Shown here in pieces: positions 19,302 to 27,192 of a stretch of 64,000 nt of DNA (positions are counted from its first letter, which is position 1; each line of letters opens with the position of its first letter). The stretch is taken from assembly GCA_040768985.1 (NCBI GenBank), contig JAXGLX010000002.1:4378971-4442970 (forward strand), given 5' to 3'. This DNA is from Acidobacteriota bacterium (GTDB taxonomy: Bacteria > Acidobacteriota > JAAYUB01). Below the pieces are notes generated by a model. The model did no database searches. It saw nothing but the letters and a program-made list of their open reading frames with translations, and was not told the DNA's origin. The position numbers were made by a program, and so were the translations under genes.

Positions 19302-19790
19302 ATGGCTGGAAAACAGGAAGTGCACGAGGGGATCGTTCAGCTCGAGAAGGGTCTCAAGCTGATTCACAAGGGCAAGTACCAGGAGGCCGTGCCCGTGTTC
19401 AAGGCGCTGCAAGGCCGCAGCGACCTGCCGCCCGGGCTCAGCCAGCGGGCCGGGGTGTACCTCCGGGCCTGCCACCGCCATACGGCGCCGCCGCCGAAAG
19501 CGTCCACCGAGTTCGGCGACCTGCTGGACCGGATCGCCTGCCAACTGAACCTGGGCGAGACCGCCGCCGCGGCCGAACTGCTCAAGAAGGCCCGCAAGCA
19601 GGATCCGAAGTCCGCCCAGGTGGCCTACCTGGAGGCGGTGCGGTTCACGCTGGAGCGGAACATCGACAAGGCGATAGTGGCGCTGGCCGAGGCGCTGAAC
19701 CTCGATCCCGCCATCCGGTTTCAGGCACGGAGCGACATGGACCTGGAACCGCTCCACCACCTGGACGAGTTCCGCCGCCTCATCGGCTGA
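19302..19790 (+). CDS. TPR-like repeat protein, function unknown
   Basis: ATG at 19302 preceded by GAGGAGGA. 162 aa, helical and TPR-like (KGKYQEAVPVFKAL..., NIDKAIVALAEALNLDP). Confidence 0.55.
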   Translation: MAGKQEVHEGIVQLEKGLKLIHKGKYQEAVPVFKALQGRSDLPPGLSQRAGVYLRACHRHTAPPPKASTEFGDLLDRIACQLNLGETAAAAELLKKARKQDPKSAQVAYLEAVRFTLERNIDKAIVALAEALNLDPAIRFQARSDMDLEPLHHLDEFRRLIG

Positions 19791-19792
19791 CC

Positions 19793-19884
19793 GTAGTTCA
19801 GGCGTCTCGCCTGACGTAGCTCCGGCATCCTGCCTGACGTAGTTCAGGCGTCCCGCCTGACGTGGCTCAGGCATCTTGCCTGAG
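19793..19884 (+). repeat. REP-like array: 4 tandem 23-bp hairpin units
   Basis: Units GTAGTTCAGGCGTCYCGCCTGAC and GTGGCTCAGGCATCTTGCCTGAG. Each contains the palindrome CAGGCR-N4-YGCCTG. Confidence 0.9.
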
Positions 19885-19922
19885 TGGTCCCTGGCCGGCA
19901 AATCGGCGCCGCTGGAGGTTCC

Positions 19923-21404
19923 ATGGACGACGCCCTGCACGTGCTGATTCTCGCCGCCGGCAAGGGGACGCGGATGCGCTCCGCCCGCCCCAAGGTGCTC
20001 CACACCGTCTGCGAACTTCCCATGCTGGAATGGGTCCTCGTTGCCGCCGAGTCGCTGCGGCCCGCCTCCGTCACCACCGTCGTCGGCGACGGCGCTGACG
20101 CCGTCCGTGCCGCCTTCGGCGGCCGCTGCGGCTGGGTGAAGCAGGCACCGCAACTGGGTTCCGGCCACGCCGTGGCCCAGGCGCTGCCCGCCCTCGATGG
20201 CCGCGCCGGCGACCTGCTCGTCCTCATGGGCGACGTGCCGCTGCTGGACGCCGCCACCCTGAGGCGGCTGGCCGACGCCCACCGCGCCGCGCGCCCCGCC
20301 GTCACGGTGCTCACGGCCACGCCCGCCGAGCCGGCCGCCTACGGCCGGGTGCTGCGCGGCGCCGACGGCCGCGTCACGGCCATCCGCGAAGCCCGCGACG
20401 CCTCGACCGAAGAACTGCGGGTGCGCGAGATCAACACCGGCATCTACGTGTTCGCCCTCGACGCCCTGCGCCCGCGCCTGGCGCGCCTCCGGCCCGACAA
20501 CGCCCAGGGCGAGTACTACCTCACCGACCTCGTGGCGCTCCTCCACGGCGACGGCCTCCGGGTGGACGGCCTGCCCGCCGCCGACCCGGCCGAGGCGATG
20601 GGGATCAACCACCGCGGCGACCTGGCCGAGGCCGAGGCGGTGCTCCAGCGGCGGATCGTCCGCCACTGGATGCTGGCCGGCGTCACGGTCCACCGCCCCG
20701 AGCGGATCTGGATCGGCCCCCACGTCCGCCTAGAGCCCGACACCACCCTGTGGTGGGACGTCACCCTCTCCGGCGCCACCAGCGCCGGCCCGCGGTGCGA
20801 GATCGGCCCCGGCAGCCACCTGGAGAACGCCCGCCTCGGCGCCGGCGTCAGGGTTGAGCACTCGGTGATCCGCGACGCCGAGGTGGCCGACGGCACCACC
20901 GTGGGGCCGTACGCCCACATCCGCGGCGGCGCCCGGGTCGGCCCCGACAACCGGGTGGGCAACTTCGTCGAGATCAAGAAGAGCACCACCGGCGCCGGCA
21001 CCAAGGCGGCCCACCTGGCCTACCTCGGCGACGCCGCCATCGGCGCCGGCGTCAACGTGGGCGCCGGCACCATCACCTGCAACTACGACGGCGTGCGCAA
21101 GCACCCCACCGTCATCGGCGACGGCGCCTTCATCGGCTCCGACTCGATCCTGGTGGCGCCGCTCACCATCGGCGCCGGCGCCTACACCGCCGCCGGTTCC
21201 GCCGTCACGAACGACGTCCCGCCCGACGCCCTGGCCGTGGGCCGCGCCCGCCAGCGCAACATCGACGGCTGGGCGGCGAAGCGCCGCGCCCAGCTCGAGG
21301 GGGGCGAAGCGTCCGAATCCTCACCACAAAGTCACAAAGGGCACGAAGAGAGTAAGGAGGGAGGAGATAGGGGTGAACGGAAGACGGTGAACAGTGAACA
21401 GTGA
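19923..21404 (+). CDS. glmU: Bifunctional UDP-N-acetylglucosamine pyrophosphorylase / glucosamine-1-phosphate N-acetyltransferase
   Basis: MDDALHVLILAAGKGTRM, then a C-terminal hexapeptide-repeat domain (NFVEIKKS, AHLAYLGDA, ITCNYDG). The last ~35 codons are encoded by repeat-type DNA. Confidence 0.95.
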   Translation: MDDALHVLILAAGKGTRMRSARPKVLHTVCELPMLEWVLVAAESLRPASVTTVVGDGADAVRAAFGGRCGWVKQAPQLGSGHAVAQALPALDGRAGDLLVLMGDVPLLDAATLRRLADAHRAARPAVTVLTATPAEPAAYGRVLRGADGRVTAIREARDASTEELRVREINTGIYVFALDALRPRLARLRPDNAQGEYYLTDLVALLHGDGLRVDGLPAADPAEAMGINHRGDLAEAEAVLQRRIVRHWMLAGVTVHRPERIWIGPHVRLEPDTTLWWDVTLSGATSAGPRCEIGPGSHLENARLGAGVRVEHSVIRDAEVADGTTVGPYAHIRGGARVGPDNRVGNFVEIKKSTTGAGTKAAHLAYLGDAAIGAGVNVGAGTITCNYDGVRKHPTVIGDGAFIGSDSILVAPLTIGAGAYTAAGSAVTNDVPPDALAVGRARQRNIDGWAAKRRAQLEGGEASESSPQSHKGHEESKEGGDRGERKTVNSEQ

Positions 21405-22430
21405 ACAGTGGGGATGTTCACAGGTTCCAGGTTTGCGGGTTGATCGTTGATTGTTGATGGTTGATGGATCGTCAGTCGCCACTCCGTCCCTCGGCTTTCC
21501 ATTGACAAAAAGAAGCGCTTGGCGCCTTCGCGTCTTGGCGCGCCATCTCTTCCTCCGCGCCCTCTGCGCCTCCGCGGTGAATGATCGGGGCTCGAGACTC
21601 AAGGCTCGTTCCCAGTGATCAACGATCAACAATCAACCATCAACCAACCATCAACCGTCTCGGACATCGGACATCGGACATCGGACATCGGCACAAGCGG
21701 TTCGGGTCTCGCGGTTCGGGGTTCGGCTCCTCCGTCTCCCGTCTCCCCGATTCACCGATTCCCCGATTCACCGATTCCCCGATTCACCGACTCACCGATT
21801 CACCGACCCACCGATTCCCCTCTCAACCATCAACCGTCCCAGACTTCACCACAGAGAGGCACAGAGGACACAGAGTTTTTTTAATGTTCTGAACCCTAAT
21901 CGAAAACCGTCTCCCGTCTCTCCTCTCCCGTCTCCCGATTCCCCGATTCGCCCTCCTCGCACTCCAAATAGCCATTAAAATATAAGCAATCACCAGTAAC
22001 CAATAAACTCGCTCCTTCTTCCCTCGCCCTTCCATTGACAATAAATGCCTTCTTGGCGCCTTCGCGTCTTGGCGCGCCAACTCTTCCTCCGCGCCCTCTG
22101 CGCCTCCGCGGTGAATAATCGAAACTCGCGGCTCGTTCCCGTAATGCGGACTTCGGACATCGGAAATCGGACATCGGCACAAGCGGTTCGGGGCTCGTTC
22201 CCAACCTCAACCTTCAACCGTATCGGACATCACCGCAGAGGCGCAGAGGACGCGGAGGCTTTTTATGTTCTGATCCCTGATCGTAAGTCGTCTCCCGTCT
22301 CCCGTCTCCCGATTCACCGACTCACCGATTCACCCATTCACCGACTCACCGATTCATCGACTCACCGATTCACCGATTCACTAACCCTGCGAACCATCAA
22401 CCATCACCTGTTGGCGAACCGGGATCTTCC
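21405..22430. repeat. About 1-kb mosaic intergenic repeat region
   Basis: Concatenated modules: GTGAACA, TGATGGT, CGGACAT, ATTCACC/ATTCCCC, CACAGAGG and CGTCTCC. Also two copies of a ~100-bp block, CCATTGACAA..CTTGGCGCCTTCGCGTCTTGGCGCGCCA, at about 21480 and about 22010. Confidence 0.9.
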
Positions 22431-22501
22431 CCATGCCGCTTGTGATACTATTGAATCAAACGAACGGCCCGTGGCGACGGCCATCCTGCAGGAGGGATGC
22501 C

Positions 22502-22999
22502 ATGGCAACCGATTTTCAAGGAAAAGTGATCCGAGCGCTGAACGATGTGGACCAGCAGAACATGGACCTGCTGGACCAGGTGATCGATGCGGCGAACGAG
22601 GTCGCCTCCGGCGATACGGCCAACGTGACCATCGACGAACCCCAGCCGGAGGGGCCCGGCGATGTGTCCCCCGGTGAGATGCAGCGCTGGGACACCATCG
22701 TGGGCGGCGGCGATGTGCCTCCCGGTGAAACGCAGCGCTGGGACACCATCGTGGACGGCGGCGAAGTGCCCCCCGGTGAAATGCAGCGCCGGGACACCAT
22801 CGTGGGCGGCGGCCAGGGCGCCTCGACGGCCGGCACCGGTGGCGTGGCCCTGCTCGAGTTCGCCAAGGACGCCATCCAGACAGCGGCCTCGAACATCTCG
22901 GGCGCCGGCACAGAAGAGATCCAGGCGCGGAAAATCGCCGAGCGCAAGATGGAATCGGCCGACGAAGCGGCCGACGACGACGACGACGAGAAGAAGTGA
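22502..22999 (+). CDS. Acidic orphan protein with 3 x 17-aa tandem repeats
   Basis: ATG preceded by GGAGGG. 51-bp repeats at 22658..22810 encode GDVSPGEMQRWDTIVGG, GDVPPGETQRWDTIVDG and GEVPPGEMQRRDTIVGG. C-terminus is DEAADDDDDEKK. I recognise no family. Confidence 0.5.
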   Translation: MATDFQGKVIRALNDVDQQNMDLLDQVIDAANEVASGDTANVTIDEPQPEGPGDVSPGEMQRWDTIVGGGDVPPGETQRWDTIVDGGEVPPGEMQRRDTIVGGGQGASTAGTGGVALLEFAKDAIQTAASNISGAGTEEIQARKIAERKMESADEAADDDDDEKK

Positions 23000-23700
23000 G
23001 GAGTTGGGAGATAGGAGATAGGAGATAGGAGTGAACCGTTCGCGTGCTCGTGATTCGTAATCGTGATCGTAATCGAGGCTCGAGACTCGAGGCTGGAGGC
23101 TCGTTCCCGCCATGCGGACTTCGGACATCGGAAATCGGACATCGGTCAGCCGGCCTTCACCACGGAGTACGCAGAGGACACAGAGTTTTTTTAATGTTCT
23201 GAACCCTAATCGAAAACCGTCTCCCGTCTCCCGTCTTACGTCTCCCGTCTTACGTCTCCCGTCTCCCGATTCCCCGATGCTCCCTCTTCAATGACAAATG
23301 ACAAATGAAATATGACCAATGACAAATGGATCGAAGATGGTGCCAGGCTCTGTCACAAATCGGACATCGGACAGCAGGATCCGGGTCTCGCGGTTCGGGG
23401 TTCGGCTCTCGTCTCCCGTCTCCCGATTCCCCGATTCACCCTCCTCGCACTCCAAATAGCCAACATAATATCAGCAATCATCAACAACCAATACACTCGC
23501 CGCTTCTTCCCTCGCCCTTCCATTGACAATAAATGCCTTCTTGGCGTCTTCGCGTCTTGGCGCGCCATCTCTTCCTCCGCGCCTCGGAGGATTCACCGCA
23601 GAGGCGCAGAGGACGCGGAGAAGACTCTGATTGTGTTCGAACAACAATTGGATCTGCGCTGTGTCCTCAGTGTCCTCTGTGGTGAGTCTTTAGGGTGGAT
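23000..23700. repeat. Mosaic intergenic repeat region, including inverted copy B (23043..23232) of the ~195-bp element
   Basis: The reverse complement of 23043..23232 matches 18988..19180. Further modules: ATGACAA units, CGGACAT, ATTCACC, the CCATTGACAATAAATGCCTTCTTGGCG block, and CGCAGAGG. Confidence 0.9.
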
Positions 23701-23720
23701 GATTCCGTCCGAGATTTCCC

Positions 23721-23749
23721 TTGACATCGCCTCACCCCGCCGGTAAAAT
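23721..23749 (+). promoter_or_regulatory. Near-consensus sigma-70 promoter (TTGACA-17 nt-TAAAAT) upstream of rplM-rpsI
   Basis: TTGACA at 23721..23726, an exact 17-nt spacer, and TAAAAT at 23744..23749. It lies about 360 nt upstream of the rplM ATG. Confidence 0.55.
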
Positions 23750-23934
23750 CTCGCTCCCGTTGAATGGGTTACCTGGATTGCCGTTCGACGCATGTCCTTT
23801 CGGGCTCTTTGAGGCGCGCGACCCGCGCGCGAAACCACGGCGGACCCGCTGCCGGTCCGCCGGCCCAAATCCAGGGAATCGGGACTGACGGCTTTTCCTG
23901 AATCGTACCGTTTGTTCTCGAATCTTCCGTTCGG

Positions 23935-24048
23935 GTGGCTCAGGTCTCCCGCCTGAGGTAGTTCAGGCGTCTCGCCTGACGTGGCTCAGGCATCTTGCCT
24001 GAGACGAACCGAACCGGCGAAACGGGTAGTTCAGGCGTCCCGCCTGAG
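23935..24048 (+). repeat. REP-like array: 4 units of the 23-bp hairpin repeat (3 tandem, a 22-nt spacer, then 1)
   Basis: GTGGCTCAGGTCTCCCGCCTGAG, GTAGTTCAGGCGTCTCGCCTGAC, GTGGCTCAGGCATCTTGCCTGAG ... GTAGTTCAGGCGTCCCGCCTGAG. Confidence 0.9.
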
Positions 24049-24110
24049 AACCGCCGTCGCGGCGCGTGACCCGCGTCCTGAATAAGGAACAGTTACTTGC
24101 GGAGTATAAA

Positions 24111-24545
24111 ATGAAAACCTACGTCCCCAAGAAAGACGACATCCAGCGCCAGTGGTACGTCGTGGACGCCAAGGGGCAGGTCCTGGGCCGGCTGGCCACC
24201 CAGGTCGCCCACGTCCTGACCGGCAAGCACAAGCCGGGCTACGTCCCCTTCCTGGACACCGGCGATTTCGTCATCATCGTCAACGCCGGCGACGTGACCA
24301 TCACCGGCCGGAAGCAGGAGCAGAAAATGTACCGCCGCCACACCGGCTACCCGGGCGGGCTGAAGGAGACCCAGATGAAGAAGGTCTTCAGCCAGCGCCC
24401 CGAAGCGGTGATCAAGGAGGCGGTGTGGGGCATGATGCCCAAGACGAAGCTGGGCCGCGCCATGATCAAGAAGCTCAAGGTGTACAAGGGCGCCAACCAC
24501 CGGCACCAGGCCCAGCAGCCCGTCGAGCTGAAAATTCAACAGTAA
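24111..24545 (+). CDS. rplM: 50S ribosomal protein L13
   Basis: MKTYVPKKDDIQRQWYVVDAKGQVLGRLAT... is the canonical L13 sequence. GGAG RBS. Confidence 0.97.
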   Translation: MKTYVPKKDDIQRQWYVVDAKGQVLGRLATQVAHVLTGKHKPGYVPFLDTGDFVIIVNAGDVTITGRKQEQKMYRRHTGYPGGLKETQMKKVFSQRPEAVIKEAVWGMMPKTKLGRAMIKKLKVYKGANHRHQAQQPVELKIQQ

Positions 24546-24557
24546 GGAGAGAGGACC

Positions 24558-24950
24558 TTGAGCAGCGTGCAATACTACGGAACCGGCCGGCGGAAGACCT
24601 CGGTGGCCCGCGTGTTCCTGCGCCCCGGCTCCGGCAAGATCTTCGTCAACCGCCACAACTACGAAGAATACTTCAAGACCAGCTCGCAGCGGACGCTCAT
24701 CCGGCAGCCGCTCCTGCTGACCGAGAACATGGACAAGTTCGACATCCAGGCCACCGTCGTCGGCGGCGGCCTGATGGGCCAGGCGGTGGCCGTCCGCCAC
24801 GGCATCGCCCGCGCGCTGGTGGAGTTCAACCTGGAACTCCGCCTGCGCCTGAAGCAGGCCAAGTACCTGACGCGCGACCCGCGCAAGAAGGAACGGAAGA
24901 AGTACGGGCAGCCCGGCGCCCGCCGCCGCTACCAGTTCTCGAAGCGCTAG
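24558..24950 (+). CDS. rpsI: 30S ribosomal protein S9
   Basis: [23 protein letters not shown] ... [11 protein letters not shown] is the canonical S9 sequence. TTG start after GGAGAGAGG. Confidence 0.97.
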   Translation: MSSVQYYGTGRRKTSVARVFLRPGSGKIFVNRHNYEEYFKTSSQRTLIRQPLLLTENMDKFDIQATVVGGGLMGQAVAVRHGIARALVEFNLELRLRLKQAKYLTRDPRKKERKKYGQPGARRRYQFSKR

Positions 24951-25085
24951 CGTGGCTCAGGCATCTTGCCTGTAGCTCAGGCCTCCGGCCTGCTGTAGCT
25001 CAGGCATCTTGCCTGATGTGGCTCAGGCCTCCGGCCTGATGTGGTTCAGGCGTCCCGCCTGATGTGACTCAGGCGTCCCGCCTGA
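24951..25085 (+). repeat. REP-like array: 6 tandem hairpin units of about 22-23 bp
   Basis: Units are of the type GTGGCTCAGGCATCTTGCCTG, TAGCTCAGGCCTCCGGCCTGCT ... GTGACTCAGGCGTCCCGCCTGAC. The array starts immediately after the rpsI stop. Confidence 0.9.
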
Positions 25086-25210
25086 CGAGGACATGAAACG
25101 GCGAGCCGAAGATCCGGTGAGCCGGCAGTGGAACGAATCAGGCGCCGCGCCTGAGTTTGGATACGCAAATCACCCGGGCGTCGGGCCCGGGAATAGATCA
25201 GGAGGCACCG

Positions 25211-26245
25211 TTGGTCGCTGTAACCATGAAAGCACTGCTCGAAGCGGGCGTCCACTTCGGGCACCAGACCCGCCGCTGGAATCCCAAGATGAAGCCTTAC
25301 ATCTTCGGGGACCGCAACGGCATCCACATCATCGACCTGCAGAGAACCCTGCAACTGTTCAAGGAGGCGACGGACTTCGTCGCCGAGAGCGCCCGCCAGG
25401 GGAAGCGGATCCTGTTCGTGGGCACCAAGCGGCAGGCCCAGGACGCGGTCAAGGAAGAGGCCGAGCGCTGCGGCATGTACTACATCAACAACCGCTGGCT
25501 GGGCGGCCTGCTCACCAACTGGGCCACCGTCAGCCGGTCGCTGGAAAAGTACAAGGCCCTCGAGGAGAAGAAGGAAGCCAACTACGCCGACGAGATCTCC
25601 AAGAAGGCCGTCGCCCGCCTGGAGCGGATCCGCAAGAAGCTCGAAAAGAACCTGTCCGGCATCCGTCATCTCGACAACATCCCGGAGCTGGTGATCATCG
25701 TCGACCCGAGCAAGGAGCAGATCGCGGTGCTGGAGTCCAGGAAGAAGGGCGTGCCCATCGTCGCCCTGGTGGACACCAACTGCAACCCCGAGCCCATCGA
25801 CTACGTGATCCCGGGCAACGACGACGCGCTGCGCTCGGTGCGGCTCATCGTCTCGAAGCTCTCCGACGCGGTGATCGAAGGCGTGACCATGCGGAAGTCC
25901 GAGCTGGAACAGGCGGCCAAGGAAGAGGCCACCGGCGAGAAGCCCGAGACGCCCGAGGGCGTGCTCGAGGAGATCCCCGCCGCGGCCGCGCCCGCCCAAC
26001 GGCCCGCCGGTGACCGGCGTCCCGTCGGCGACCGCCGCCCCGACACCCGCCGTCCCTCCGACCGGACGCCGCGCGCCCCCCGGCCGCCGCGCAAGCACGT
26101 GCCGCGCGAGATCATCGGCGAGATGCCGCCGCCGGCCGTTCCGGGCGATGCGGCGCCCGTGGCCCCGCCGGCCCCGCCGGCCGAGCCCGCCGCGACGGCC
26201 CCGCCGGCTCCGCCGGCCGAGCCGGCCGAGCCCCCCGCCGAGTAG
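25211..26245 (+). CDS. rpsB: 30S ribosomal protein S2 with a Pro/Ala/Arg-rich C-terminal extension
   Basis: TTG start after AGGAGG gives LVAVTMKALLEAGVHFGHQTRRWNPKM, the canonical S2 N-terminus. About 100 extra low-complexity C-terminal residues (RPAGDRRPVGDRRP..PPAPPAEPA). Confidence 0.95.
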   Translation: MVAVTMKALLEAGVHFGHQTRRWNPKMKPYIFGDRNGIHIIDLQRTLQLFKEATDFVAESARQGKRILFVGTKRQAQDAVKEEAERCGMYYINNRWLGGLLTNWATVSRSLEKYKALEEKKEANYADEISKKAVARLERIRKKLEKNLSGIRHLDNIPELVIIVDPSKEQIAVLESRKKGVPIVALVDTNCNPEPIDYVIPGNDDALRSVRLIVSKLSDAVIEGVTMRKSELEQAAKEEATGEKPETPEGVLEEIPAAAAPAQRPAGDRRPVGDRRPDTRRPSDRTPRAPRPPRKHVPREIIGEMPPPAVPGDAAPVAPPAPPAEPAATAPPAPPAEPAEPPAE

Positions 26246-26271
26246 ACCGGCGCGCGCAGACGCCGGTTTCG

Positions 26272-26632
26272 GCACGCCAAGACGCCAAGACGCAAAGCGG
26301 ATTTATTGTTTTTGTCTCGGTCCGCTGCGTCTTGGCGTAGGAAGCGGATCCGGACGAGTCGAAACGGGAATTGGCCCACGAAGGCGCCAAGGCGCAAAGC
26401 GGATTTTGGGTTTTTATCTCAAGCCGGTGCGTCTTGGCGTTAGAAGCGGATCCGGACGAGTCGAAACGGGAATTGGCCCACGAAGGCGCCAAGGCGCAAA
26501 GCGGATCTTGGGTTTTTGTCTCAAAGCGTTGCGCCTGGGCGTAGAAGGGTGAATCCGGACGAACCGAAGCGATATCGTCCGTCCGAACCGAACGGGATTC
26601 AAAACAAAAAAAGTGTTCTTTGCGCCTTCGCG
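26272..26632 (+). repeat. About 3 tandem copies of a 102-bp hairpin-containing repeat, plus a tail, upstream of GxxExxY copy 2
   Basis: The period was measured from recurring CACGAAGGCGCCAAGGCGCAAAGCGG at 26377 and 26479. Each unit contains the inverted repeat CGCCAAGACGCAAAGCGGA...TCCGCTGCGTCTTGGCG around a T-rich loop. Confidence 0.9.
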
Positions 26633-26787
26633 TCGTTGTGAGCGTATTTAAGGCGCCCGGTTACGAGAGTTCTTTGATATCGATTTGAATAATTTTCGGG
26701 CCGGGATGAAAAAACCGGTGGAAAACGTCGGACACCCGCCGGGCCGATCCGTTGGATAGGGTATATCCCATCGAACGGAGGCGAAAC

Positions 26788-27189
26788 ATGACCGAAGCCC
26801 GGGTGATGACCACAAACGATGTGGCCCGCGAGGTGGTGGACGCCGCCCTGCAGGTGCACCGCGCCCTGGGGCCGGGCCTGTTGGAACGCGTCTACGAGGC
26901 GGTCCTGGCCTACGAGCTGGGCCGCCGCGGCTTGGACGTCCGGCGCCAGATGCCCGTGCCCGTGGTGTACGACGGCCGCACCTTCGACGTGGGCCACCGC
27001 CTGGACCTGGTGGTGGCTGACCGCGTGGTGGTGGAGATCAAGTCGGTGGAGACGCTCCTCCCCGTCCACTTCAAGCAGGTGCTCACCTACCTGAAGCTCA
27101 CGGGGCTGCACCTGGGGCTGCTGATCAATTTCAACGAGGCGCTGCTCCGCGACGGCCTCCACCGTCTGGTCATGGGACTGCCCGAGTAA
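26788..27189 (+). CDS. GxxExxY protein (PD-(D/E)XK nuclease fold), copy 2
   Basis: GLLERVY matches GxxExxY. D..E.K core in RLDLVVADRVVVEIKSV. ATG at 26788 after GGAGG. Clearly paralogous to 17036..17434. Confidence 0.85.
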   Translation: MTEARVMTTNDVAREVVDAALQVHRALGPGLLERVYEAVLAYELGRRGLDVRRQMPVPVVYDGRTFDVGHRLDLVVADRVVVEIKSVETLLPVHFKQVLTYLKLTGLHLGLLINFNEALLRDGLHRLVMGLPE

Positions 27190-27192
27190 ATC

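Noticed and set aside
18988-23232. The inverted ~195-bp repeats as the ends of a composite transposon carrying glmU.
   Set aside because: There is no transposase or recombinase between them. The cargo is an essential housekeeping gene. Partial copies of the same cassette occur elsewhere, so this is more simply two members of a dispersed repeat family. The inversion potential is kept as a finding.
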